Shown one piece after another: positions 12,501-25,368 of a DNA stretch of 64,000 bases. Numbering within the stretch: the first letter of the stretch is position 1; each line of letters begins with the position of its first letter. The stretch comes from Podarcis cretensis (lineage: Eukaryota). Location: contig OX638160.1 in NCBI GenBank assembly GCA_951804945.1, forward strand, positions 11,470,001 to 11,534,000, written 5' to 3'. A program made the translations under genes and the position numbers. The notes beneath the pieces were generated by a model. The model saw only the letters and a list, made by a program, of their open reading frames with translations. It did not search any database and was not told the origin of the DNA.

Positions 12501-15500
12501 GGCAAGAAATCTCACAAGTGGCTTATATGAGCCACAATAAATAAAATTAATAAAATACAAAATTAATAAAATACAGGATCACAAATATATCACATATATA
12601 AAACAGCCCTGAAAAACAGCTGCATGTCCAGCAACAGGCAAGCGTAATATGATTAATATCAGCTAAAACATTTAAACAATTTCAAATCAGTGGGACCATA
12701 ACTTGAAATTAATGGGCTTTGGAAGGCCTGCAGTTGGGAAGGAGCCATTGGGATGAAGTTCCACAAGTGCAGGGCTAGCACCATAAAGGCCCTATTCTTT
12801 ATGCCCACCAGTCTGATTGATCTTACAGGCAGGCCTTACAGCAGGGTCTCCACAGTAGATCTCTGGGCCCAGGCAAGTATGAAGGGCTCCTTTCTCCTTT
12901 AAAGATCAACACCAGTATATTAAATTTATTGATGTTATATATTTTACCAGCCATCTGGCCCACATTGATAGACACATTTTTCACCAACGGAAATGTTCTA
13001 GCAATCTTCAAAGGCAGCCCTATATGCAATAGCAAAGTCAGAATGTCACTAGTTCATGAATAACAGAAATCAGGTCCATTGTCTACATAATTGGGGCTCC
13101 TCTCTTGTGGGGCCAATCATCTACCAGCCAAGCAAGTTTAGCAGCAGGCCAAGATGAGCAAGGCAGACTACTCTGTCCACCCCTTTTGTGACCTAACAAA
13201 CCCCAAACTCCCAAATTAACTAACACATCAACAGCAAATATGCAGATAGAAGGCCAGTAGTAGTGGTGATAGTATATTTTATAGACTGTCACATGTACAG
13301 CTTATCTGCATATTGGACAGATGTTTGTTCCCTTGAGACCAAGATGGCTGACTTGGAGAAACTATATTTCAAGCAGCACACATTTCCCCCAAAGATATTA
13401 GAAAACTGTTTGGATTCATCATCCTCTGGAAGCAAACCATTAGTGTTGACCCTCCACTACTGTGAAGGTTACAAGAAGCCTGAAGGTCAAATGTGATCAG
13501 CTAATGATCAGGTCATGACAATGAAGGCATTACTAGCTCCTCCTCCCACAGAGAATTTCCCCCTAGTCCAGTACAGAACACCAAAGTATGCTACACCACT
13601 TACATTGAGCCTAATTTTAATCTGAGCCGGACCATGGCTTCATACTGTTTTCATGGCTGATTGGAAGAGACAGTGGCAAAATTTTAAAAGACTGAATGCA
13701 TTGCACAGCAAAGTTGTTGCAACTGACCTGAATACGTGAGCGTGCCAAATAGACGTTGGATTTCCATTCGGTCTTCATTTTTCGGTACTGAGAGGACTTT
13801 GAATGAACAAACTGTTTACTGTAAGGTGCATTCAGTTCTCCTGTAACTGTGCTCTGAAATGACTTTGAAGTGCTGGTGCTATTTAAGGTATGAGGCCTGC
13901 AGTAGTGGGTCATATAACAGAAGAGACAAAGAAGGAAAACTGAAGATCTCTCTGAATTTTATGACATTTAGAGGTTGTTTTTTAAAAAACAAACTCAAAG
14001 ACAGACAAACATTCAAAGCCAGCTAGCAGAGACAACAGAGCAGCTCCCCTGGCTCAGACATGCACATACACAGCCAACAACAACAGGGTTTGTAAGCAGC
14101 ACACAGAAGCACAGGTATCCTACGCAGCCTATAAACCCTGGGCTGTACTATGTGAATTTAAAAGAAAATACCTTAACACAAACCTCTTGACATGGCTGCT
14201 CATTTTTGGCTCAGAGCGGGCGCAGCCTGTGGGGTTGATGGCAAGAGGAAGTTCCATGAGGGGGTTTCGGCCATACCGGAAGGTGTAATGTTCACAAGCC
14301 TCAACCCCAGGAAGCTGTAAACACACCAAGGAGTCACATGTCAGTGCAGTTGCAGAACAGCCAAAGAAATGTTCTCTGATTCAGGAATAGGTTTAGGAAT
14401 TAGAATAGCACACACAGAGAGAGACAGCACTCAGTGAAGTGTTTTACAAAACTGCCTTCTTTTTCCTTCTTGCTTTTCTTTAAGAGCACAGATCCTCAAA
14501 CCGATTGCACAAACCCAACCCTGCCTTTTCTATCCTAGCCTGCAATACTCAGTAAGCCCCTGGGTGCTTTGCCCACTCACATAGTATCTACTAATGCATA
14601 CTTCTACCTGCAAAACCTGCTGCCCTAAGTGTTGGAAAGAGGTGGGGTGGGCGGGCAGACAGGCAATTACAATACCCCACATCAAACCATTGTTTCCTGT
14701 TTCTAAACCTCTGAAAGTGAGCCTATAACCCTGGCCAAAAGGCCTGCTTCAGGGCTTTCCACTGACTAAATTTTAATGCTAGTTATGGCACAGCATTCTA
14801 TACCAGAACCATTTCTTCCTTCAGACTCTATGACAAGTTTTCAATAGGTAAGAGCCTGGACACATGTTACACGCATTGCATAAAAAAAGTGCCGTGTCTA
14901 AGACAGACAATGATTTACTACTAAAGAGTAACAAGCCCAGAACTGGCCTAGTACAGCCGCATGACCTCTTACCGATTCCGCAATCCTAGCCACTGCAGAG
15001 ACAGTCAAACCAAAAAGGTCTTCACCCTTTAGATATGCAGGGAATAGCTGCAGCATTTCAGAACTCCTCCTTACTGAAGCAACAGGCTCTAGGATTTTAT
15101 CCCAAACACCTGCATAGGATAAATATTACAGTGAATCACAAAATAAATGCAAGAGACAAAATAAATCACCACAATAAATTTGTTTAAAGTCACATCTACT
15201 TTGGATGTAACATTAGGATTACTCTAAAATACTAAGGGGCAGATTGTGTTTTTAGGATTCTACTGCTCCCAAGATGAATTCTTTACATCAATATCACTTC
15301 TGCATGGAAAACCATGTATACTTTGAATACTGACTGTCCTATATGGCACGCACACATGGCAAAATAGTATGGAGATCATCACATATAATACTGACATGGG
15401 TACTCACCATTTGCTACAAAGAAGTCAGCTGTGCATTGACGAGTTAGCAATGCAATAGGCCTAATGGCTTCCAGTAACCAGTCAGAAATATCAAATGAAC

Positions 15501-18500
15501 GTAAACAATGAAATGCACATCTAGCAGTTAGGCCAAAGACTTTCACACGATTCAGTGTTACCTTTAGGGGTTGAGTCCGTAAGAACCAGGTCTTCATGGC
15601 CTTGCTCAATGATCCTGATCACAAAGAGGGGAAGACCATCCTTCTCTTCAATGGAACACAGGTAGCGACACCTGCGGTTGGCATAGCGTGTGCTCCAATA
15701 CAACCGGCTGGCCTCGTAACCCACAGGGTAGAGCACCTTTGAAGAATGGAAAGCCTGCATCTGGTGTGGCAGCAGCTGGCCAATGGTGTGGAAGATGAGG
15801 CTCCCCACCCGGAAGGTGTGCTCACGATCCCCCCGTTGGACTATGCTGGCAATTTGTCGGACTTCATCCCGCTGGACGTATACCCGCCTGAAGACTGCAA
15901 AATAGCTGAGTTCTTGCTCGTGAGCGCCCTTTGGTTTGTGCATAGGGCAAAGCATAGTTTTGTCTTTAAAAAACATGCATTGTGCTTTAATGGCGCAGGT
16001 AAAGTGATAAATATTGGTGCACCTCAACCTGTGACAGCCGCTGGTGGCGCCCATTTTGTGACAGAACATGCATTTCATCTGCAAGCCCCTTCGCAGGGCG
16101 AGCTCCACGTTGATTAAGGCACCAGCTTGTGTCTCATAGACCTCAGTAGACCAAAGAGCACAGTTCAAGTGGACCCAAACATCTAAGTCAAGGTTTAGAA
16201 GTCTTGCTGGTCCATCCGTTAGCCCATCGCCCTCCTCATGACAGAAACAACACTTTCGGTAGTCCTTCGGCACTGGATCAGGTTTAATGGTTGTGCCCAG
16301 CTTTTTGAGGAACTCATCTATCTCCTCATCACAAGGAGGTTTGAATGTTCCTTTAGGAATCACAATCTGTATGTTCCACTTTTTCCACTTCATTCCTTTC
16401 CATTTCTTACTTACTGGTCGACAGTCATCCAGACCATTCGGTATAGTTCTCAGGCGGGGTTTTAGCTTCACTGTTACCTTAAGCTCATCTGGTTTTGGCT
16501 CGACTCTGGCTGCTTCAAAAGCAGGAGGGAAGGTGATAAGGGGCGAGGAAGGCGGAGAAATCTTTTCCTGTAGCTGAGGCAGGCAGTGCACATCTAACGT
16601 AGAGATGTTGTTGTTATACTGATGGAACACTTTGGGGGCTGCCTCCTTCAATGGAAACTGTGGCAAGGTTGGAATTGATTCCTGAGAAATAATAAAGCAA
16701 TTAAATATGGAATGAAGGAAAACACGTTTGGTCAATATTATTTCAAAGTCAGATGCCTATGATGTATTATGGTAGTTATGAATGCATGAACCAGTAGCAT
16801 CCTATTTTACTTGCAGAGGAAACCTTATTATGTTCCTGGTGCTGTGTCTTCCCAGGCAGTGTGGTAGACTAGTAAGACTAATAATAACAGTAAATGCTTA
16901 GAAGACATGTGCTAGGAATTTATAAATTTAAGGCTGATTTACTTGCAGGTAAGTATGCCGGCTTGATGTTTGCAATGATATACTTCTCCACTTACAAGCA
17001 AATTTATTCATGGGCAGGCACATCAGATTGCAATTTTAAGCAGAAAGTTTTAACAGAACAAAGTTACCTAGGATTCCTGAATCAAAGTTAGTGAGTTATT
17101 GATACTCCAGGGAGACAACCTGAAAATGGTATCATAAAACACCACCCAAGATAAGATTCTGATGGCACCAAATATTCTGAATGTATTATGGGACGTATCA
17201 TGCATATGTATGTCACTGAATGATGGCTAGAATGCACTGGGAATATCTGCTGCATGTGTTACCTGCTGCTTCAAATGATGCCAGCACAGGAAAAACACTT
17301 AATAGATTGTACCCTCTATTGCAACAAAACTGAAATTTTTGGGACAGGTACTGATTTAATCTTCTAGAGTTAACTGAGATGAAAGCTACTCTTCGTTTAC
17401 ACTAGAGATGGATCTTGCAAACATTTTTTTTAAAAAAAAAATCAGAATACAGTATTCCATCTAGCTTCAGAATTTTGAAAGAAACTGAATCACTGTATAT
17501 ATTTCAATTAATATTTATTGTGTATTTTATTAATGCAGCAGCACTGGGAATTACCTTGCTTTCTGAGCTTTTAGCTTGCATGGATGCTGAATAAAGAACA
17601 AAGCAGTTGTTGCTACAGAAGACAATGTCTTTCTCCATTCTTTCAGACTTCTCTCTAGAATCCTGGAAATAATAAGCCAAAGAGCGTAAACATGAACTTC
17701 AGGGAATTTCATTTTTAGTACATTTAGTAAATTAGAAAAACCAAGCTGCCCATTACTTGTAGAAACCTTTTCTTATGTTAATACAAAATCTTGGAGAACA
17801 AATCTTATTCAGAATGAACTAGGGAAAACATTCACTTATGTTGCTAGTAATGTCAATGTGTTTATAACTCAAGACTTTGCTAATTACGTAAATGTGAGTT
17901 GATGAAATACCGTATTTTTCTGTGTATAAGACACCCCCCATTAATAAGACAGCCCCCTTTTTTTAACCCAAAATTTAAAAAATCAGTTTTGAAACATCAA
18001 ACAAAACAACTTTCTTTCAAAATAAAATAAAATAATAAGGAAATTGTCCAGTATTACCATAGAGACCAACTAAGTTTGTTCTGGGTATAAGCTTTCGTGT
18101 GCATGCACACTTCTTCATATACTTTCTTTCAGTTAGAGTGACAGGGGGAGCTTTTTTGGGGAGATCACCTTCAGACCCAGGCAAAAAGTGTGCAGGATCA
18201 AAATGAGCTGGCACGTAGAAGAGAGGGGGCCAGTCTGTTGCCGTCAAGCTCTTCGCAGCCTAAGCCACAACCTGCCCAATCCTGCTCTGCCTAGAGACTG
18301 TGGCAGCAACAGCAGCAGCAGCAGCAATGCCCAGGTTCCAGGATCAGAGCTGCTGTAGCTGGGAGTAGATCCAGGGACTTTCACATGCCAGTCACCTCTC
18401 CGTGGACTAGGCAAGGTGAAGCAGGCAGGTGCCAGAACCGGAGGAGCCGCCTGCTCCCCTCCCCAAATAACAACTTCAGTGCACCACTGACGTCACCAAA

Positions 18501-20832
18501 CTTTGGCAGAGAAGGTTGGGCCAAAGTTTTGGAAGGCGGGAGGGGCAGCAGAGCAGAGCCTTCCGCACAGGGTGACAAGGCGTCCTCTTCAGTACTGTAC
18601 TAGAGGAGCTTCAACAGCAGCCTTTCTCAACCTGTGGGTCCGGAGATGTTGTTGAACTACAACTCCCATCACCCCTAGCTAGCAAGGCCAGAGCTCAGGG
18701 GTGGTGGGAATTGTAGTCCAACAAGATCTGGGGACCCACAGGTTGAGAATCACTGTTCTACAGGATGCCTCATGAAGCTTAGGCTCCATGCATCAGGCTC
18801 ACTCCCGGCAGAGGGGGAAAGAGTGACTCTGAGCATGAGCAAAGTGCCATTCTTTTTCCGCCATGTCACCTGACAGCAGCCAAGCTTCTCTCCCCTCCCC
18901 ACATTCTGTTTATAAGACAACCCCCAAATTTTGACTGAAAAAAACCAGGTAAAAACATCGTCTTATACACAGAAAAATACAGTATATTTGTTTCTTGATG
19001 TAAAAAATAGTTCACATTGCACCTCAGAATGTTAACTTAAGACACACAGCCCTTTCACTATGCACTATTTGTAACAAGAAATGCTGGCATGTTGGCTTGT
19101 AGTTACATGCCAAATCTACCATTATTTTACATATGATTTTGATTGTATGAAACTACTTGGTAGCGAGAATAGTTTCAAGGAAAGATAAATTGGCTGATGG
19201 TGCTAGTATGGAGGCATGCAGACTTCTGAAATTTCTACTTTGAAGCACTCTGGTATTTATTCACAGGCTAGAGAATCCCTAGGGATCTTTATTTTTATAG
19301 AACTGTTGAAACAGCAGAAATAAAATGAGAGCAAGATTTTTTAAAATTATGAACTCTCTTCTCCTGCAACTGATAAAACCTAATTACTCTGGAATGACTT
19401 TTTGAGTTATTTCTAACTTGCCAGAGACCACTTGTTAATGAAAGAGAAATCTCTACTGAATTCTACCAACCTCCAAAATGCAGAACAGTAATAATTAAAT
19501 AGTTGTACCATGTCAAGTATATGAACTGTAGGAATCAACCTGACCCCCTCTTTTTGTAGTTTAACCTTATAAAGCAAAAAACAATAATAGACAAACGGGT
19601 ATCACAGTAGTACCTGTTTCAGGAAAGGTAGATCACTGAAGGATTTCCGTACTCCACTGCCCAGAACTACGACTTTACAATGAGAGCACCACTGTGACCT
19701 CAACCCTGAACCATCTGCAACATGTGGACTGTGTGCCTTATAGCCTGCCAAGACTTAACAAGAACACCAACAAGTTACAAAGTGTCATTCTGAATAGAGC
19801 ATATGCATTACTTCAGTGTAAGTATTAACATGGGCGTGCGTGTTCATCCAAATAATTTATCCTGATTTCATTTTTAAAGCACAATTTCCCTACAACTGTT
19901 GCACAGCAACACACCTTCCACCACTGCGGACCTACTTTGCCCTTCCCCTTCATACCACCCTATTCTTTTTACAGTGCTTCTATTTACACATTTTTACATT
20001 GCAGTTTAATGTGACAAAATATCTGCCGCTGGACAACGTTCCACATGTATGGGTTTTGCCTAGTCACTCTCACCAGAACATGATTCGTATTACTGAGGAG
20101 ACAGAAAAATGAAGCACAGTGTCATTTTCTCACCTTGGATTAAACTCTTCATTGCCACCTTTTCTAAAAAACAACTACAATTAACAAAACCGAAAAAAGA
20201 TATATCCTTACTCACCGTTACCACTTGGGGGAAATGGCATATTATGTTGTTTGAGTCCGTAAGGCCCTGTTAGTCCAGGAGGCCCTACAGTGCCTGCCTG
20301 AGGACCGTGAAGTAACAAGTGCTGCCTGTACTCAAAGGCTACATTTGCTCTGTGAGAGTTCATAATTCCCAGAGAGGATGGGACATCTGGTGCACTGCTC
20401 ACTTCATAACTGTTTGGAATTCTGACATGCAGAAGATTGGAAAATGCAGCCACCACACTGCCAATATTCTAGAGTGGGAAAAGGAAAAAGGACAAGTGCA
20501 TAGCATCTTTTTTCTTCATCACATATTTAAAAGAGGACTGCACTGAAATGGAGCAGTGCATGTTTTGCAGAACAACCTCCCCCCTCCCCTGAATGCTCTC
20601 GTCCAGTTTTGGGGTGGGAGGGATGTAAAACAGGTCACACATTTGCACACACTCCAAATGGCAGACTGAGGGCAATGCTTCCTGGGCTCACTTCTGTTCA
20701 GCTTAATGACAGTAAATTTGACTGATTGCCTTATGACGAAACATCAACACACTAGCTACGTGATCCCTGATTGGCCAGGATTACATTAGTAAGAAGCCCT
20801 TGTTTTCTTTTTTTTTAAGAAGGCACCTAAGC

Positions 20833-20886
<54 letters not shown>

Positions 20887-23800
20887 ATCAAGGAAAGCAG
20901 CTGCTTCAAAGAGCATGTGATAAAACAAGGAAATTGGGAATTTGTGAACCCAGCCCTCCACAATCTAAGTAAGTGTCTTTTTCTTCGAAAAACTGTTTGT
21001 GGGAAGTATTTCGGTGCAGATTTACAATTTAAAGAAATGGCACTGAAACTAATAACCAGAGTTTACAACAACTGTTGTACTGCAACACAAATAAAATAGC
21101 CATAACGTCTGCAGGACATGGGGCACAACATTGTCACAGATACATGCAGCTCACTGGAACTTTCCTTACCTCTGCAGCTGTGGGATGTAAAGTAATTGCT
21201 ATGGATACAAGGCCAGATTTTGGACCATTTTGAGAAGGACCAAGCTGAGAGCCAAAGAAGCCAGAACCAGGCTCTGTTTTGATATAATTCCTTTTTTCTT
21301 CTGAACCTTCAGTTAAAGGGAGATACAAAATTAAACATGCATGGAATAGAGGCACATGATCATGCCGGTGGGGAAATTAGTAGAAACATCTAGAAAATAT
21401 TTTGGCAATACCTTTTCCAGTACTGGCAGGTAGAATTGGAATGATGGGGGATGGAACAGGTTCGGGCATTTCTTCCTTTACTGCTGACAGATCAGGGTAT
21501 CTACTTATTTCCATGCCCATTACACTCTCGGGAGAGGAGGAAGGAACAAAGCTGTCAGGAGTGTCTCTGTCATCACAAGGATCCTGAACCCTGAGAGGGA
21601 AAATAATTGGAAATGTTTTTCACATATAGATGTGTAAAGTGGAAATGGGTATGTTTAGCCTGGTAAAGAGGAGACTGAGAGGAGATATGATAGCCATCTT
21701 CAAATATTTTAAGGACTGTCACATGGAGGGTGGAGCAAGCTTCTTGTTTTCTCCTGCACCCATCCAATGGATCCAAAAGTTACAAGGAAGGATATTCCGA
21801 CTAAACCTCAGTAAGAACGCTCTGACAGTAAGAGCTGTTTGACAGTGGAATGGACTCCCTTGGAAGGTGGAGGACTCTCCATTGTTTGAAGTTTTTAAGC
21901 AGAGGTTGGATGACCATCGGCCATGTATGATCCAATTTACCTGAATTCAATAGGACTTACTTCTGAGTAACATGGTTATTTAGAATTTAGCAGCATCATG
22001 GAGCACCTAAGATAACAGATATCCAACACAAAGCTAAAAATAAAAATAATTAGAGAAAATATCTACCTCAGCTCTTCATGATTGTTATGAGGTGGGGTTG
22101 GAAGAGAAGCAGGAACATCCACACTTTTAGGACCCTGAGCCATGGCTCTGGCTAACAGATCATCCTGTGGTCTGAAAGGCAGCTGAAACTGCTTCGGTCC
22201 CAGAGCTTTGGTAACTGAAATGCAGCAAGAACAGAAAAAACAAATGACCCAAATATTCAGTGACCTATAAAAGGGGACGGGGAATCGAAAAATGGATCCT
22301 AACTTCAACCTATACTTCTTTTGTTTTACATTTAATTAGACTTTCAGTCAGTAGCCGAAGTTGTGAAAATCTGCAGCATTCTCATACAAATGAAAGGATG
22401 AGGGAAGCTCATGCCCACTTTATGAGGACCAACAATATAGCTATCTATACTGGCCATGTATACATTATGTAAGCACAGAATATGCACAAAATGTTCATCA
22501 AAGTTGTTCCTATAAATTTTGTGAGAAATGATAACAAAAAGTCAAAACATTCTGCTGTAAAGTGGATTTCAAATCTGAAAAAAGGAAGTAAATGGTTTTC
22601 AGACAATCTGAAAACTGAAAATGTATATTCTGGCATACATGTGAAAACTTACCATCATGCCCTCCAAGCATTCCAGCCTTTGTAGCAAGTTCTTCAGTGG
22701 TTGCAAATCCATTTACCATTTTTTGGCAAGTGACAGGTGGAGGTGTAGGAGGGAGGGAGGCCGGAGGAGTGGGAGGGTTACTCAAGTTATTCTGCTGCAA
22801 AAGAGGAAATAATTTAAAGTTAGCTTTCAGCAAGTTTATCTGGTACGTGATAAGTTATGTATCTTACGTACAAAAGGTCCAACAGAATGTACATAATTTT
22901 TATTTTACAACTGCACATACATAATGCACCTGTTTATCTACCAGTCACACTGGCTTGGTTCAGATGCAACACAAAACCTGGTTTGGTGCCATGAGAATAA
23001 ATCTGGAAGAATAATATATTTGATCAACTTCGATTTTGCATGGCAAATGCAAGCCATAATTTGCAGGTCATGTTTGAAGTTATGCCTGAACTGAGGTGGC
23101 TGGCTTGGTTCACACATCACACTAAGCTGAACCACGGCTTAGCATAAACACATGCGTGTGGGTTCTGGACAAGAAGATTGGCTGGGGAAGAACAAAAAAA
23201 CCCTCATTCTGCTGCAGCACTGCAATGAGCTAAGCCATGGCTTGGCCTTAGCCTGTCATCTGCAGCTGGGCTTGTGGTTTATCTCTCTCCAGACTAACTA
23301 CAAGCAGTAAGCAAGATTTGCTCCATGGTTTATGGCTCACAGTTTGTTCAGGAAAACGTAACCATAAGCCTGGGTTTGGATGACACACTAAGTAAAACCA
23401 GGCCTTCGTTCAGTGCAGGGTAGCAGAACAACAGAAGGACCAGTCGGGAGCAAAGCAACCACAATCCCCTCTATGGGAGCCCACATGCTCATCTGTTTGT
23501 GCTAAGCTGATGTATCATAGCCAAGGAGATCCTCTCATCAGTCACCACCTATCTAAAGGCTTCCTCAAACTCGGTCCTCCAGATGTTTTTGAGACTACAA
23601 TTCCCATCATCCCTGACCACTGGTCCTGCTAGCTAGGGATCATGGGAGTTGTAGGCCAAAAACATCTGGAGGGCCGAGTTGGAGGAAGCCTGTGGTAGAG
23701 CATCTGCTTTACATTTCAATTTATGGCATCTTCTCTCTGGGAACGTCCCCTGTCTGAAACCCTGGAGCACCATTGGCACTCAGTGTATACAGTGCTGAGC

Positions 23801-24614
23801 TAGATGGACCAATGGTCTGACTCAGTTTAAGGCAATTTTCTGTCTCTAATAAATGGAGTGATACATACAAGAAAGGAAGGACAGACACTATACTTCAAAT
23901 TAACAGTCCTTTCAAATTATTTGGTGTTTGCATTGCACTGGGAATTTTGTTTAAAAAGAAACTTTAAAGGTTAGGATTACAACTTTCACAATTGCATCAG
24001 TTTGAAAAGATAGTTATAGAATAAAAAATATTTACAGTGTGAGTAATGGGTCACATCCAATGCCGTGGTTCCACTATGGCAGTAGACTTCCACTTGTGCA
24101 TAAGAACTGCGCCCCCCACCCCCCCATGTCTGCCAGTGTGGGAGGGGAAGTCCCGTTGCAGAAGCAGAATTTGCCTCACCACTTTCCAGTGAGGAAGAAC
24201 AATAATAAAGTTGGCAATGAGAGAACAAGAAAAACGAAATCTTTTAAAATCCAGCATGTCTCATGAAACACCATAGTATAACTACTGCTGGATCCCAATG
24301 TTTTGTTTCGTATAGAACATTTGGAGAATCTATGTAGAAAAAAAAATACACCTTGTAGATTAGCTGAGAATAGTAATCTGATACCCCGTCAAGCGTTGCA
24401 CTACCAAAGCTTCCCAAAAGGCGATTTCCACTATTCAGATGGCCACTGCCATAAGGAAGAAAGTGGGCAAAACTCACTCCAATTATCGGCTCCATTAGAG
24501 GCAGCAAAGAGAGTTGCTGTAGGAAAAGATGAGTAGTAATTATTTTTCACTAGCAATATGCAACAATGAAGTGTAAATTTCCACTCAATTACACTAAGAT
24601 GACTGTAACCATTA

Positions 24615-24658
<44 letters not shown>

Positions 24659-25323
24659 TTATTTATTATTTATACCCCGCCCATCTGGCTGGACTTCCCC
24701 AGCCATTCTGGGCGGCTTCCAAAAGAATATTAAAATACATCAAACATTAAAAGCTTCCCTGAACAGGGCTGTCTTCAGATGTCTTCTAAAAGCCTGGTAG
24801 TTGTTGTTCTTTGACATCTGATGGGAGAGCGTTCCACAGGGTGGGTGCCACTACCGAGAAGGCCCTCTGCCTGGTTCCCTGTAACTTGGCTTCTCGCAGT
24901 AAGGGAACCGCCGGAAGGCCCTCGGTGCTGGACCTCAGTGTCCGGGCAGAACGATGGGGGTGGAGACGCTCCTTCAGATATACTGGACCGAGGCCGTTTA
25001 GGGCTTTAAAGGTCAGCACCCAAGGTTTTTTAAAAACTCATTTATTGAACACTAGCCTTGAGGTTAGTCCTTCAAGTCCTTTACATAAAGGACTTCAGAC
25101 AGAATCACAGAAATGTAGAGTTGGAAGGAACTCAAAGGTCACCTAGTCCAACTTTCTGCAATACAGGAATCACAGCTAAAGGAATCCCTGATAGACTGCC
25201 ATCCAACCTCTATTTAAAAACCTCCAGTGAAGGAGAGTCCACCACCTTCCAAGATAGTCCATTCCATGGTTGAACAGAGTTCTTCCTAATGCTTAGTCAG
25301 AATCTCTTTTCTTGTAATTTGAA

Positions 25324-25368
<45 letters not shown>

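Noticed and set aside
23986-24266. GC-richer island with ORFs on both strands just past the 165-nt exon
   Set aside because: No usable acceptor/donor pair, no snoRNA boxes with terminal stems and no clear fold seen; cannot support a call
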